From an uncultured Aestuariivita sp. (lineage in GTDB: Bacteria; Pseudomonadota; Alphaproteobacteria; Rhodobacterales; Rhodobacteraceae), in contig CAZNMV010000002.1 in the NCBI GenBank assembly GCA_964573835.1, forward strand, positions 1 to 39,926: a stretch of DNA of 39,926 nucleotides. Reading direction: 5' to 3'. The notes under the pieces were generated by a model. It was given only the letters and a program-made list of their open reading frames with translations. It ran no database searches and was not told the origin of the DNA. Position numbers and translations under genes: made by a program. Below are positions 26,477-35,795 of this stretch, one piece after another; position 1 is the first letter of the stretch; each line of letters starts with the position of its first letter.

Positions 26477-27147
26477 CAGGCCCCCTCTCTCAGATGCGGC
26501 GCGGCCTTGCGCAGGTAGTCGAAGCCGGTCACCAGCGTCAGCGCGGCGGCGATCCAGAGCAGGATGAGGCCGATCCATCCAGCCCAGACCATGCCTTCGA
26601 ACTTCCAGCGCAGGCCCTGCAGGTCAGGCAATTCGCCTGCCATGATCGCGTCGACCATGGCCTGATCCATGCCATAGGCCGCCATGCCGAGATAATGTTC
26701 GAAGATGCCCTGCAGGAAAAGCACCGCGATCGCCACCATCTGGGCGGTGGTCTTCCACTTGGCCAGGTTCGTGACTTTGAGCGTTCCGGCGACGTCGCCG
26801 AGGAATTCGCGCAGGCCCGAAACGAAGACCTCGCGGAAGAGGATGAAGGTGGCGGGCAGCACAAGCCAGGCCGTCCAGTTATGGTTGGAATAGCCCACGA
26901 CGACCATGAGCGCGATGACCACCATCGCCTTGTCGGCGATCGGGTCAAGCATGGCGCCGATCTTGGTTTCCTGCTTCCAGGCGCGGGCGAGGTAGCCATC
27001 GAACCAGTCGGTGATCGCGGCCCCCAGAAAGAGGATCAGCGCGAACCAGTCGGCATAGGGCCGGTCGAAATAGAGAAACATCACCGCCACGGCCGGGGCG
27101 GCCAGCAGGCGCAGCAGCGTCAGGATATTCGGCAGCGTCCAGTGCAT
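26476..27147 (-). CDS. pgsA: CDP-diacylglycerol--glycerol-3-phosphate 3-phosphatidyltransferase
   Basis: Contains the CDP-alcohol phosphatidyltransferase motif DWFDGYLAR....G..LDPIADK and has an N-terminus LPNILTLLRL typical of PgsA. Confidence 0.85.
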   Translation of the reverse strand: MHWTLPNILTLLRLLAAPAVAVMFLYFDRPYADWFALILFLGAAITDWFDGYLARAWKQETKIGAMLDPIADKAMVVIALMVVVGYSNHNWTAWLVLPATFILFREVFVSGLREFLGDVAGTLKVTNLAKWKTTAQMVAIAVLFLQGIFEHYLGMAAYGMDQAMVDAIMAGELPDLQGLRWKFEGMVWAGWIGLILLWIAAALTLVTGFDYLRKAAPHLREGA

Positions 27148-27194
27148 GGGCGTTTCATATCGCGCGCGGGCGGCGGGGGGAAGGGATGGCAGTG

Positions 27195-29072
27195 TCAGCC
27201 GCGGTCCTGGAAGAAGTCGTAGATCTTCTGGGCCATCGCTTCGGACACTCCGTCGACCGCCCTCAGATCGGCAAGGTTCGCGCGGCTCACCGCCTTGGCG
27301 CTGCCGAAATGCGCGAGCAGCGCGCGCTTGCGCGCCGCGCCGACGCCGGGGATGTCGTCGAGCGGTGTGGCGCCCACGGCCTTGGCGCGTTTGGCGCGGT
27401 GCGCGCCGATGGCGAAACGGTGCGCTTCGTCCCGCAGGCGCTGGACGAAGTAGAGCACCGGATCGTTGTGGCGCAGCGCGAAGGGGCGCGCGCCGGGGCG
27501 GTGGAATTCCTCTTTCCCTGCATCGCGGTCGATGCCCTTGGCCACGCCCACGACGGGGATGTCGTCGACCCCGTGTTCCGCCATGATCTGCGCCACCGCA
27601 CCCACCTGCCCTGCCCCGCCATCGATCAGCAGAAGGTCGGGCCAGTGGCCGCCGTCGCGGTCGGGGTCGTCTTTCAGCAGGCGCGCGAAGCGGCGCGACA
27701 GCACCTCTTTCATCATGCCGAAATCGTCGCCCGGGGTCAGGTCGTCGCCGCGGATGTTGAACTTGCGGTACTGGCTTTTGACGAAGCCTTCGGGCCCCGC
27801 CACGATCATCGCGCCGACCGCGTCGGTGCCCTGAATATGGCTGTTGTCATAGACCTCGATCCGCCGCGGGGGCGCGTCGAGGGCGAAAGCCTCGGCCAGA
27901 CCGTCAAGCAGCCTGCCCTGCGTCGCCGTTTCGGCCATGCGGCGGGCGAGGCTTTCGCGGGCATTGCGCAATGCCCCTTCGATGAGTTCGGCCTTCTCCC
28001 CCCGCTGCGGCACAAGGATTTCGACGCGGCGCCCAAGCTTCGAGGACAGCGCGTCGGTCATCAGGTCGGCATCTTCGATCCCGTGGCTGAGGATCAGTTG
28101 CCTCGGTGGTTCCTTGTTGTCGTAGAACTGGCCGAGGAAGGCCTGCAGCACCTCGCCTTCGTCGATATCGGCGCCGACGCGGGGGTAGAAATCGCGGTTG
28201 CCCCAGTTCTGGCCTGACCGGATGAAGAAGACCTGCACGCAGGCCTGCCCCTGTTCGAGGTGGAGCGCGATCACATCGGCCTCGGTCACGCCGCGGGGAT
28301 TGATGCCCTGGGCGCTCTGGACTTGCGTCAGCGCGCGGATGCGGTCGCGCAGCGCCGCGGCGCGTTCGAACTCCATCGCGTCGGAGGCGGCCTGCATCTG
28401 GGCGGCGAGATCCTCCTGCACCTTGGTGGACCGGCCCGAGAGGAAGCGTTCGGCATCGGCCACGCTGGCGGCGTAATCGGGGCCCGAGATCAGTCCGACG
28501 CAAGGACCCGAGCAGCGCTTGATCTGGTAAAGCAGGCAGGGCCGGGTGCGGCTGTCGAACATCGGGTCCGAACAGTTGCGCAAGAGAAAGACCCTCTGAA
28601 GCTGGTTCAGCGTGCGGTTCACCGCGCCGGCGCTGGCGAAGGGGCCGAAATAGGCGCCCTTGTCGGTCTTGGCGCCGCGATGCTTGCGGATCTGCGGAAA
28701 CGGGTGGTCCTTGGCGACCAGGATGTTGGGAAAGCTTTTGTCGTCGCGCAGGAGCACGTTGTACTTGGGCTTGAGCTGCTTGATGAGGTTCTGTTCGAGA
28801 AGCAGCGCTTCGGTTTCGGTGCGCGTCGTCAGGAACATCATCGAGGCGGTTTCGCGGATCATCCGCGCGATGCGGGGGCTGTGGCCCGCGGGGCGGGCAT
28901 AATTCGACACCCGCGCGCGCAGGTTGCGCGCCTTTCCGACATAAAGCACGCGCGACTGCGCATCGAGCATCCGGTAGACGCCGGGCGCGCCGCTCAGCGT
29001 CTTCAGATAGGCCTGGATCCGATCATGCCCGGTCAGGTCCGGAGAAGTGTCAACCGCGTCGTCATCAGTCAT
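27195..29072 (-). CDS. uvrC: excinuclease ABC subunit C
   Basis: A 625 aa ORF with a GIY-YIG N-terminus (GVYRMLD....[11 protein letters not shown]), a UvrBC-interaction region, an endonuclease domain and a C-terminal (HhH)2 ([16 protein letters not shown]). Confidence 0.95.
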   Translation of the reverse strand: MTDDDAVDTSPDLTGHDRIQAYLKTLSGAPGVYRMLDAQSRVLYVGKARNLRARVSNYARPAGHSPRIARMIRETASMMFLTTRTETEALLLEQNLIKQLKPKYNVLLRDDKSFPNILVAKDHPFPQIRKHRGAKTDKGAYFGPFASAGAVNRTLNQLQRVFLLRNCSDPMFDSRTRPCLLYQIKRCSGPCVGLISGPDYAASVADAERFLSGRSTKVQEDLAAQMQAASDAMEFERAAALRDRIRALTQVQSAQGINPRGVTEADVIALHLEQGQACVQVFFIRSGQNWGNRDFYPRVGADIDEGEVLQAFLGQFYDNKEPPRQLILSHGIEDADLMTDALSSKLGRRVEILVPQRGEKAELIEGALRNARESLARRMAETATQGRLLDGLAEAFALDAPPRRIEVYDNSHIQGTDAVGAMIVAGPEGFVKSQYRKFNIRGDDLTPGDDFGMMKEVLSRRFARLLKDDPDRDGGHWPDLLLIDGGAGQVGAVAQIMAEHGVDDIPVVGVAKGIDRDAGKEEFHRPGARPFALRHNDPVLYFVQRLRDEAHRFAIGAHRAKRAKAVGATPLDDIPGVGAARKRALLAHFGSAKAVSRANLADLRAVDGVSEAMAQKIYDFFQDRG

Positions 29073-29149
29073 CTGACGGACATATGATTCCTGCGATACG
29101 GCTGCAATCTGGTGCGTCGAAAGGCAAGGCCAATCCTGTACACGATTTC

Positions 29150-29158
29150 TGTGGATAA
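29150..29158 (-). promoter_or_regulatory. perfect DnaA-box 9-mer (TTATCCACA on the minus strand)
   Basis: The plus strand reads TGTGGATAA at 29150..29158, an exact match to the consensus DnaA box. It lies about 78 bp upstream of the uvrC ATG. No binding has been demonstrated. Confidence 0.4.
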
Positions 29159-29219
29159 GTCTGCCGATATGTTTTGTTCACCTCGGAAAATTCCTTGTGT
29201 TATGGGGGGTTCTTTGATC

Positions 29220-29236
29220 TGCCTAAATTTTAGGCA
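29220..29236. promoter_or_regulatory. perfect inverted repeat TGCCTAAA-T-TTTAGGCA (candidate operator)
   Basis: Two 8 bp arms separated by a 1 nt spacer, read directly from the sequence inside the AT-rich island. Confidence 0.35.
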
Positions 29237-29298
29237 TCAAAATAAGTATTTGATAACAAACGATATTTTCTTTTCCCCAAGACAAGAGACTGAATTCC

Positions 29299-29314
29299 TT
29301 AAGATTTTTGTAAC
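29299..29314 (+). promoter_or_regulatory. CtrA-box-like motif TTAA-N7-GTAAC
   Basis: TTAAGATTTTTGTAAC matches 8 of 9 specified positions of TTAA-N7-TTAAC. A weaker second copy, ATAAGTATTTGATAAC, lies at 29242..29257. Such motifs can arise by chance in AT-rich DNA. Confidence 0.25.
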
Positions 29315-29382
29315 GGCTCTGTGACGAAACAGCGCGCGGTGCAAAACTTTCGAGGAAGGCAACCTGCGAAAGGGTGTCAGGC

Positions 29383-30162
29383 CTACTCGACACCCTGAAT
29401 GTCAGGGGTATTCCAGGCAAGGTGCTGGCCCCCGTCGACGCACAGAATCTGGCCCGTGACCGCCCGCGCGTCGAGGAAATATCCCAGCGCCGCGCAGATG
29501 CCGTCGGGATCGGCGCCACGCTGCAGGATGGTCGCGCCGCGCTGCGCGGCGAAATGCGCTTGCGTCTGGCGCGCGCCCTGCATCGTGGGTCCGGGGCCGA
29601 TGGCGTTGACCCGGATCGCGGGTGCCAGCGCCTGCGCGGTCGTGCGCGTCATCGCCCAGAGACCCATCTTGGCGATGGTGTAGGACATGAATTCCGGCGT
29701 CAGCTTCAGCACCCGCTGGTCGATCATGTTTATGATGAGACCCACCGCCTGGGGTTCGCCGTTCTCGTCCGCCATGGGCGCAAGCCCCTGCGCCGCCATG
29801 GCCTGCGTCAGCACGAAGGGGGCGCGCAGGTTGCTCTCCAGGTGGCGGTCCCAGCTTGTCCGCGTGGCGCTGGCGACGTTGTCGTATTCGAAGATCGAGG
29901 CGTTGTTGATCAGACAGGTGATCGGGCCGCGCAGCGCCTCGGCCGCGCGCGGCAGAAGCAGCGCGACCTGCGCTTCGTCCAGAAGATCGGCCTGCAGCGT
30001 CACGGCGCGCACGCCGCGCAGGCGGCAGGCGGCGGCGACTTCTTCCGCGTCCTCGGCAGAGGTGGCGTAATGCACCGCCACGTCATATCCGCGCCCGGCC
30101 AGATAAAGCGCCATGGCCCGTCCAAGACGCTTGCCCGCGCCGGTTACCAATGCCTTTGTCAT
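29383..30162 (-). CDS. SDR family oxidoreductase (pteridine-reductase-like)
   Basis: A 259 aa ORF with the Rossmann motif TGAGKRLGRAMA and the catalytic YTIAK (YxxxK). Confidence 0.8.
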   Translation of the reverse strand: MTKALVTGAGKRLGRAMALYLAGRGYDVAVHYATSAEDAEEVAAACRLRGVRAVTLQADLLDEAQVALLLPRAAEALRGPITCLINNASIFEYDNVASATRTSWDRHLESNLRAPFVLTQAMAAQGLAPMADENGEPQAVGLIINMIDQRVLKLTPEFMSYTIAKMGLWAMTRTTAQALAPAIRVNAIGPGPTMQGARQTQAHFAAQRGATILQRGADPDGICAALGYFLDARAVTGQILCVDGGQHLAWNTPDIQGVE

Positions 30163-30181
30163 CTCGGCTCCCTTGCCCCTG

Positions 30182-31144
30182 TCAGGTCAGCAACACAGCA
30201 AGGTAGAGCCCGTAGAGCGCGGTCAAGGCGATCCCCCAGATCCGGGTGATGTCGCGCCCGAAGAACACGAAGGGCACGATGAGGATCGACGCGCCCAGCA
30301 TCACCCAGAGATCAAAGCGCAGGAATTCCGGGTCGACGGGGATCGGGCCCACAAGGCTCGCGATGCCGATGATGGCGAGCAGGTTGAACATGTTCGACCC
30401 GATCACGTTGCCCAGCGCCACATCGGCCTGCCGCCTGAGCGCGGCCATGACGGTGGTCGCCAGTTCGGGCAGCGAGGTGCCCACCGCGACCAGCGTGAGG
30501 CCGATCACCGTATCGCTGATGCCGTAGGTCCTGGCGATGATCGTGGCGTTGTCGACAAGGATGTCGGCACCCAGCGGCAGGCCCACAAGGCCGAGGATCA
30601 GGTAGAGAAAGACCCGCCAATAGGGCATGTCGGGATCGGCGCCTTCGGGTTCCTCTTCATCCTCTTCGCCCTCGGCGGCCGCGGCCCCCGCCCGGCGATG
30701 CGCCTGCGCGTCACGGAACGCATCAGCCAACAGAAGCGCAAGACCCGTCAGCAGGATCAGGCCGGACCAGAAGGTGAAGGTGCCGATGAAGGCCAGCGCG
30801 ATGAAGAGAACCGACGCGGCCAGCATGAAGAGATAGGTGCGCCGCGTGTTGAACTGGCTTGTATAGAGCGTCGCGAGGATCGCCGGAATGCCGAGAACCA
30901 GAAGGATGTTCGCGGTGTTCGACCCCACCACGTTGCCGAGCGCGATGCCCGGCGCATTATCGAGCACCGCCTTGATGGAAATGAGAAGCTCGGGCGCCGA
31001 GGTGCCGAAGGCCACGATGGTCAGGCTGACGATCAGCGCGGGAACGCCCAGCCGCAGCGACAGGTTCACCGCACCGCGCACCAGCGCGTCGCCCGCAAGC
31101 AACAGGATCACCAGACCCAGTGCCGACATCAGCCAGGGCATCAT
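30182..31144 (-). CDS. calcium/sodium (CaCA family, YrbG-like) antiporter
   Basis: A 320 aa ORF with two alpha-repeats (GTSAPELLIS... and GTSLPELATT...) plus GNVVGSN/GNVIGSN motifs, separated by an acidic loop. Confidence 0.85.
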   Translation of the reverse strand: MMPWLMSALGLVILLLAGDALVRGAVNLSLRLGVPALIVSLTIVAFGTSAPELLISIKAVLDNAPGIALGNVVGSNTANILLVLGIPAILATLYTSQFNTRRTYLFMLAASVLFIALAFIGTFTFWSGLILLTGLALLLADAFRDAQAHRRAGAAAAEGEEDEEEPEGADPDMPYWRVFLYLILGLVGLPLGADILVDNATIIARTYGISDTVIGLTLVAVGTSLPELATTVMAALRRQADVALGNVIGSNMFNLLAIIGIASLVGPIPVDPEFLRFDLWVMLGASILIVPFVFFGRDITRIWGIALTALYGLYLAVLLT

Positions 31145-31314
31145 GCGTCACGTCCCTTCGATCCGCAGGGGCAGGGCCCCTTGCCTATGCGATGGCGCCC
31201 GCAGGCAGGGCATTTGGCTTTGCGCCCCAGGCCTATGCGCGGAAGCCGCAGCCGTCCGAACATGGCCAGCACCGCCATGAAAACAAGGAACAGAGAGACG
31301 ATCTTCAGGATCAC
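31141..31314 (-). CDS. TM + Cys-knuckle microprotein (45-57 aa)
   Basis: Hand translation gives (V/M)ILKIVSLFLVFMAVLAMFGRLRLPRIGLGRKAKCPACGRHRIGKGPCPCGSKGRDA*. The GTG at 31314 lies 2 nt after the S49 peptidase stop, with an alternative ATG at 31278. The TGA overlaps the antiporter ATG. The track ORF 31141..31386 has the same frame but an implausible upstream extension into the peptidase gene. Confidence 0.5.
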   Translation of the reverse strand: MILKIVSLFLVFMAVLAMFGRLRLPRIGLGRKAKCPACGRHRIGKGPCPCGSKGRDA

Positions 31315-31315
31315 G

Positions 31316-32116
31316 TCAGAGGCCGTAGCGCGCGTAGGACGCGCGTTCCTCGATCGCCGCAAGCGCGTCCTGCGCCATGTCGGCACCGATCCGGCGCAGG
31401 AAGGGCTTCTTCAGGCCGTAGCGGCGGAAGCTGACCTTGTCGCCGAACACCTCCTGCATCTTCGGTTTCAGATGCCCGATCCCGTCGATCAGGCCCAGCT
31501 CATGCGCCCGGCCCGCCAGCCAGAAATCCCCGTTGAACAGCGTCGCGTCGCTGCCGTTCAGGCGTGTGCCGCGCCCCGCCTTCACCTGGTCGATGAAGGT
31601 CTGGTGCATCTGGTCGAGCAGGTCGCGCAGCCGCGCGACATCCTGATCCTTGAGCGGCAGGAACGGATCCATGAAGGACTTGTGCGTGCCTGCGGTGTGC
31701 ACGCGCCGTTCGACGCCCTGCCGCGCAAGCAGATCGCTCGCCCCGAAGGACGCCGAGATCACCCCGATCGAGCCCACGATCGACGCGGGATCGGCCCAGA
31801 TTTCATCCGCCGCCGAGGCAAGCCAGTAGCCGCCCGAGGCCGCGACATCCTCGACGAAGGCATAGACCTTGATGCCGCGCTTGTCCGCAAGCCGCCGGAT
31901 GCGCCCTCCGATGAGCGAGGATTGCACCGGCGATCCACCCGGCGAATTGATTTCGATCGCGACGGCGTCGGGCTTGCCCTTGTGGAAGGCAGCCTCAAGC
32001 ACCGGCCCGATGCTCTGATCGCTGAGCGACAGCGGTCCGCCCGCGCCGATGGCCCCCGTCATCCGGACGACGGCGACGCGGGGCGAGGATTTGAGGAAGG
32101 GCAACCAGCGGGTCAT
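31316..32116 (-). CDS. S49 family peptidase (SppA/SohB-like)
   Basis: Contains ..VAIEINSPGGSPV.. and the catalytic-Ser context DVAASGGYWLA. The start is chosen at MTRWLPFLKSS (ATG 32116). Confidence 0.8.
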   Translation of the reverse strand: MTRWLPFLKSSPRVAVVRMTGAIGAGGPLSLSDQSIGPVLEAAFHKGKPDAVAIEINSPGGSPVQSSLIGGRIRRLADKRGIKVYAFVEDVAASGGYWLASAADEIWADPASIVGSIGVISASFGASDLLARQGVERRVHTAGTHKSFMDPFLPLKDQDVARLRDLLDQMHQTFIDQVKAGRGTRLNGSDATLFNGDFWLAGRAHELGLIDGIGHLKPKMQEVFGDKVSFRRYGLKKPFLRRIGADMAQDALAAIEERASYARYGL

Positions 32117-32239
32117 GCAGGGCCATGTAGAATGCAGCCCCTGCCGAAACAAGACGCCCGGGTCAGAAGACCTGACCGCCCGATCCGTTCCGCGCGCGGC
32201 ATCGGCAAATATGCCACGCCACAGGCCGGATGAGCGGGC

Positions 32240-32758
32240 TCAGCCGCGCCCGGTCAGCCGCTTGAACCAGCCGGACTTGGGCGCATCTTCGGCCGCCTCA
32301 GCCGCCGGTTCGGCCGGCCCTTCGAGACCTTCCTTCAGGCGGTCGAAGAACTGGTCGGCCATCTTCTTGGCGAAGCCGTCGATGATCCGGCTGCCGAGCT
32401 GCGCAAGCTTGCCGCCCACCTTCGCCTCGACATCATAGGAGAGCCGCGTGAGGCCCGGTTCGACCTCTTCCAGCGTCACCACCGCGCCACCCTTGGCAAA
32501 GCCTGCGGCACCGCCCTTGCCCTCCCCCGAGATGGTCAGGCGTTCGTTTTCGACGATTTCCGACATCTGGACAGCGCCCTTGAAGGTGGCCTTCACCGGG
32601 CCGACCTTCTGGGTCACGACGGCCTCGTAGCCGTCGGTCACATTGCCGGTCACGGTTTCGGCCCCGGAAATGCAGTCCTTCAGAACCTCGGGGTCGAGGA
32701 TGGCAGCGAAGACCACGGCGCGGTCGGCGCGGATGTCTCGGGTGTCCTGCATCTTCAT
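32240..32758 (-). CDS. coxG: SRPBCC/CoxG family protein (carbon monoxide dehydrogenase subunit G-like)
   Basis: A 172 aa ORF with CoxG-like sequence (..VGPVKATFKG...ISGEGKGGAAGFAKG.....VGGKLAQLGSRIIDGFAKKMADQFF). Confidence 0.8.
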   Translation of the reverse strand: MKMQDTRDIRADRAVVFAAILDPEVLKDCISGAETVTGNVTDGYEAVVTQKVGPVKATFKGAVQMSEIVENERLTISGEGKGGAAGFAKGGAVVTLEEVEPGLTRLSYDVEAKVGGKLAQLGSRIIDGFAKKMADQFFDRLKEGLEGPAEPAAEAAEDAPKSGWFKRLTGRG

Positions 32759-32870
32759 GGGCGGATCTCCTCTTCTCGTGTCCTTGGTAACGCCGCGCGG
32801 CGCTCAGGGGAAGGGCGTCAAAGCGTGCAAGGCCTCTGGCAGTCACCGCCCGATGGGATAGGGTCGGGCC

Positions 32871-33785
32871 ATGCTGCGCATCTTGACCACCTTTCTGCTG
32901 ATCCTGACCCTTGCCGCCTGCGCGGGCGGCGTCGCAAAGGAGCCCGGCCCTGCCCCGCGGGATGGGGCGCTGCTCTACGATGCGGCGATGGTGGCGCGCG
33001 CCGACCGGATCGTCGTTTTCGTGCCGGGGGCGCTGAATTCGGTCGCCATGTTCGCCCCCGCGGGCGGCTGGGTGGACGGCGGCTTTGCCCCGGTCTTCTA
33101 CCGGTTTCCGGGGCTGGACGGGCTGCCGCTCGACCGGGTGCTCGAACCCGGTGCGGCGGCGGAAGAGATCGCCGCCTTCGCCCTGCGCCACCCGGACAAG
33201 GACGTGGCGCTGGTCGGCTATTCGTCGGGCGCGGCCATCGCCATTCTGGCCGCGGACCGCATCCGCGACGGGCGGCGCGTGCCAGTCGTCGCGATCTCGC
33301 CCGCGGTGGAGCGCGCGGGCGGCATGCCGACGATCCTGGCCGGGGCGGGCGACATCGTGCGGGCGGCGGCGCGGGCGGAGAGCAAGGACGTCTTTTCGAT
33401 CTGGACGGAATACTGGCAGATCCTGCTGTACGGCCGCAACGCGCGCCCGCCGGAACCGGTGCGCACGGCGATCCGCGAGGGTGCGCGCGAATTGCGCGCC
33501 GAACGGCAGTTCCGCCCGCCGCTTGCGGGACTGGCGCGCAGCCATGCAGCCCGCCTGCGATACTGGGAACTGCCCCCGGATCTCGATCTGTCGCATGCCC
33601 CCGTGCGCATCTATGTGGGGGCAGAGGACCCTGTCTTTTCCACCGCCCAGACGCTCGCCTTCGCGCGCAAGCTGGGGCTGGAGGGTATTCACACCTATCC
33701 CGGCGACGGACACCTGCTGTACCTGACGCAGACCGATGTCTTCGTCACCGCGCAGGCCTTCGCGGAAGAGGTGCTGGAGGACTAG
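32871..33785 (+). CDS. alpha/beta hydrolase-like lipoprotein
   Basis: Has a lipobox in the signal peptide (LLILTLAAC) and a nucleophile elbow GYSSGAA (GxSxG). Confidence 0.7.
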   Translation: MLRILTTFLLILTLAACAGGVAKEPGPAPRDGALLYDAAMVARADRIVVFVPGALNSVAMFAPAGGWVDGGFAPVFYRFPGLDGLPLDRVLEPGAAAEEIAAFALRHPDKDVALVGYSSGAAIAILAADRIRDGRRVPVVAISPAVERAGGMPTILAGAGDIVRAAARAESKDVFSIWTEYWQILLYGRNARPPEPVRTAIREGARELRAERQFRPPLAGLARSHAARLRYWELPPDLDLSHAPVRIYVGAEDPVFSTAQTLAFARKLGLEGIHTYPGDGHLLYLTQTDVFVTAQAFAEEVLED

Positions 33786-34387
33786 CGCCGCGCGGCGACG
33801 ATGTCGGTCGCCCGGGCCACAGCTTCGTCGATGGAAAGATCGGTGGTGTCGATCACCACGGCGTCTTCGGCGGGTTTGAGCGGCGCGGCACTTCGGCTGC
33901 TGTCGCGGTCGTCGCGGGCGCGCACATCGGCGAGGACCTGCGCATAGTCCGCCGCGATCCCGCGGCCCAGCAAGTCGTCAAGCCGCCGTTGCGCGCGGAC
34001 CTCGGCGCTCGCGGTGACGAACAGCTTCACGTCCGCCCCGGGGCAGATCACCGTGCCGATGTCGCGCCCGTCAAGCACCGCGCCGCCGGCCCGCGCGGCG
34101 AAGGCGCGCTGGAAATCGACAAGGGCCGCGCGCACTTCGGGGATGACGGCGACGCGGCTTGCGGCATCGGCGACTTCGGGCGTGCGCAGAGAGGGATCTT
34201 CCAGCACAGCAGGCTCGAGTTCGCGTGCCGCAGTCACCGGATCAGCCCCGTCCAGCACGGCACGCCCCACCGCGCGGTAAAGAAGCCCGGTGTCGAGATG
34301 GGCAAACCCGAAATGCCGGGCCACCGCGCGGCTGATCGTGCCTTTGCCGGCAGCGGCAGGCCCGTCTATGGCGACGGCAAAACTCAC
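33782..34387 (-). CDS. cmk: (d)CMP kinase
   Basis: Has the P-loop [12 protein letters not shown] followed by [10 protein letters not shown], both typical of Cmk. Its start overlaps the aroA stop. Confidence 0.9.
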   Translation of the reverse strand: MSFAVAIDGPAAAGKGTISRAVARHFGFAHLDTGLLYRAVGRAVLDGADPVTAARELEPAVLEDPSLRTPEVADAASRVAVIPEVRAALVDFQRAFAARAGGAVLDGRDIGTVICPGADVKLFVTASAEVRAQRRLDDLLGRGIAADYAQVLADVRARDDRDSSRSAAPLKPAEDAVVIDTTDLSIDEAVARATDIVAARR

Positions 34388-35730
34388 CCCGCCTCGATCC
34401 GCGCGCCAAGCCGCGCCATGAGCGGGCCGAAGATGGGGAAGGATGTCGTGATGGGCCCTGCATCATCGACCGAGACCGGCGCCTGCGCAGCCATCCCGAG
34501 GATGAGGAAGGACATCGCGATGCGGTGGTCGAGATGGGTGGCGCAGGTGCCCCCCCCCGGCACGCCGCCCGCGGCCCGGCCCGTCACGATCCACCAGTCT
34601 GGTCCGTCCTCGACCGCCACACCATTGGCGCGCAGCCCGTCCGCCATGGCGGCGATGCGGTCGCTTTCCTTCACGCGCAATTCCTTCACGCCGCGCATCA
34701 CGGTCCGGCCTTCTGCATTGGCGGCGACGACCGACAGGATCGGGTATTCGTCGATCATGCTGGCGGCACGTTCGGGCGGCACCTCGATGCCGCGCATCGC
34801 AGGCGAATAACGCGCCCGCAGGTCGGCGACGGGCTCGCCGCCTTCCTCGCGCATGTTCTCGAAGGTGAGGTCGGCGCCCATCTCCTGCAAGGTGGTGAAC
34901 AGCCCCGCGCGCGTGGGGTTGAGCCCGATCCCCGGCACCAGCACGTCCGACCCCGGCACGATCAGCGCCGCACAGACCGGGAAGGCGGCGGAAGACGGAT
35001 CGCGCGGCACGGCGATGGCTTGGGCTTTCAGTTCGGGCTGGCCGGTGAGCGTGATGACGCGGCCCTCAATGGTATCCTCGACCGCGACCTCCGCCCCGAA
35101 ACCCGCAAGCATCCGCTCAGTATGGTCGCGCGTCGCCTCGCGTTCGATGACCACGGTCTGCCCCGGCGCGTTGAGCCCCGCCAGCAGCACCGCCGATTTC
35201 ACCTGCGCCGATGGCACCGGCACGGTGTAGCGCACGGGCACGGGATCGGCCGCGCCGACGATCGTCATGGGCAGCCGCCCGCCCGACCGGCCCACCGCGC
35301 GCGCCCCGAACAGCGCCAGCGGGTCGGTCACCCGCGCCATGGGCCGCTTGTTGAGGCTCGCGTCGCCGGTGAAGGTCGCCGTGACGGGCGTCGTCGCCAT
35401 CGCCCCCATGATGAGGCGCACGCCGGTGCCGGAATTGCCGCAGTCGATCACGCCATCCGGTTCGGCGAAGCCACCGACGCCCACGCCATGGACCGACCAT
35501 GCGCCCTGCCCATGCCGCGTCACCTCGGCCCCGAAGGCGCGCATCGCCTTGGCGGTGTCGAGCACGTCTTGGCCCTCGAGAAGCCCGGTGATCCGCGTCT
35601 CGCCCACCGAGAGCGCGCCAAGGATCAGCGCCCGGTGCGATATGGACTTGTCCCCCGGCACCTCGGCCAGACCCGTCAGGCCGGTCACGGGGTGCGAGAT
35701 CATGGGCTGGGCTGCGCCGTGGGCGGACAT
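34384..35730 (-). CDS. aroA: 3-phosphoshikimate 1-carboxyvinyltransferase (EPSP synthase)
   Basis: A 448 aa ORF with EPSPS motifs ([39 protein letters not shown]). Confidence 0.9.
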   Translation of the reverse strand: MSAHGAAQPMISHPVTGLTGLAEVPGDKSISHRALILGALSVGETRITGLLEGQDVLDTAKAMRAFGAEVTRHGQGAWSVHGVGVGGFAEPDGVIDCGNSGTGVRLIMGAMATTPVTATFTGDASLNKRPMARVTDPLALFGARAVGRSGGRLPMTIVGAADPVPVRYTVPVPSAQVKSAVLLAGLNAPGQTVVIEREATRDHTERMLAGFGAEVAVEDTIEGRVITLTGQPELKAQAIAVPRDPSSAAFPVCAALIVPGSDVLVPGIGLNPTRAGLFTTLQEMGADLTFENMREEGGEPVADLRARYSPAMRGIEVPPERAASMIDEYPILSVVAANAEGRTVMRGVKELRVKESDRIAAMADGLRANGVAVEDGPDWWIVTGRAAGGVPGGGTCATHLDHRIAMSFLILGMAAQAPVSVDDAGPITTSFPIFGPLMARLGARIEAG

Positions 35731-35795
35731 GGGGGGCCTTTCGGATGTCTGATCACCGGCGATGTAGCCAATCGCCCCGGAACGGTCCAGCGCGA

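Larger units (their letters stand above)
29100..29340. other. AT-rich non-coding island between the uvrC start and the 3' end of the SDR gene
   Basis: My hand count over 29141..29320 gives 66 G+C out of 180, or about 37% GC, in a window that is otherwise visibly very GC-rich. It contains the motifs listed as separate features below. Confidence 0.8.

Noticed and set aside
29073-29160. An alphaproteobacterial SOS (LexA) box, GTTC-N7-GTTC, upstream of uvrC.
   Set aside because: I scanned the spacer by eye on both strands. Single GTTC/GAAC tetramers are present, but none has a partner at the 7 nt spacing.
29112-29324. 70 aa plus-strand ORF (GTG start) inside the AT-rich island.
   Set aside because: Its codon usage is completely unlike the rest of the window (AT-rich third positions). 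It has no ribosome-binding site and no recognisable fold signature, so I treat the island as non-coding.
29073-29382. Calling the AT-rich island the chromosomal replication origin outright.
   Set aside because: I found only one DnaA box with 7 or more matches out of 9 on either strand, and origins normally carry several. No typical origin-flanking genes (dnaA, dnaN, hemE, parAB) are in the window. The idea is kept as a hypothesis in the findings, not as a feature.
30113-32233. 706 aa plus-strand ORF spanning the antiporter, the microprotein and the S49 peptidase loci.
   Set aside because: It is antisense to three well-supported minus-strand genes and consists of highly charged low-complexity sequence.
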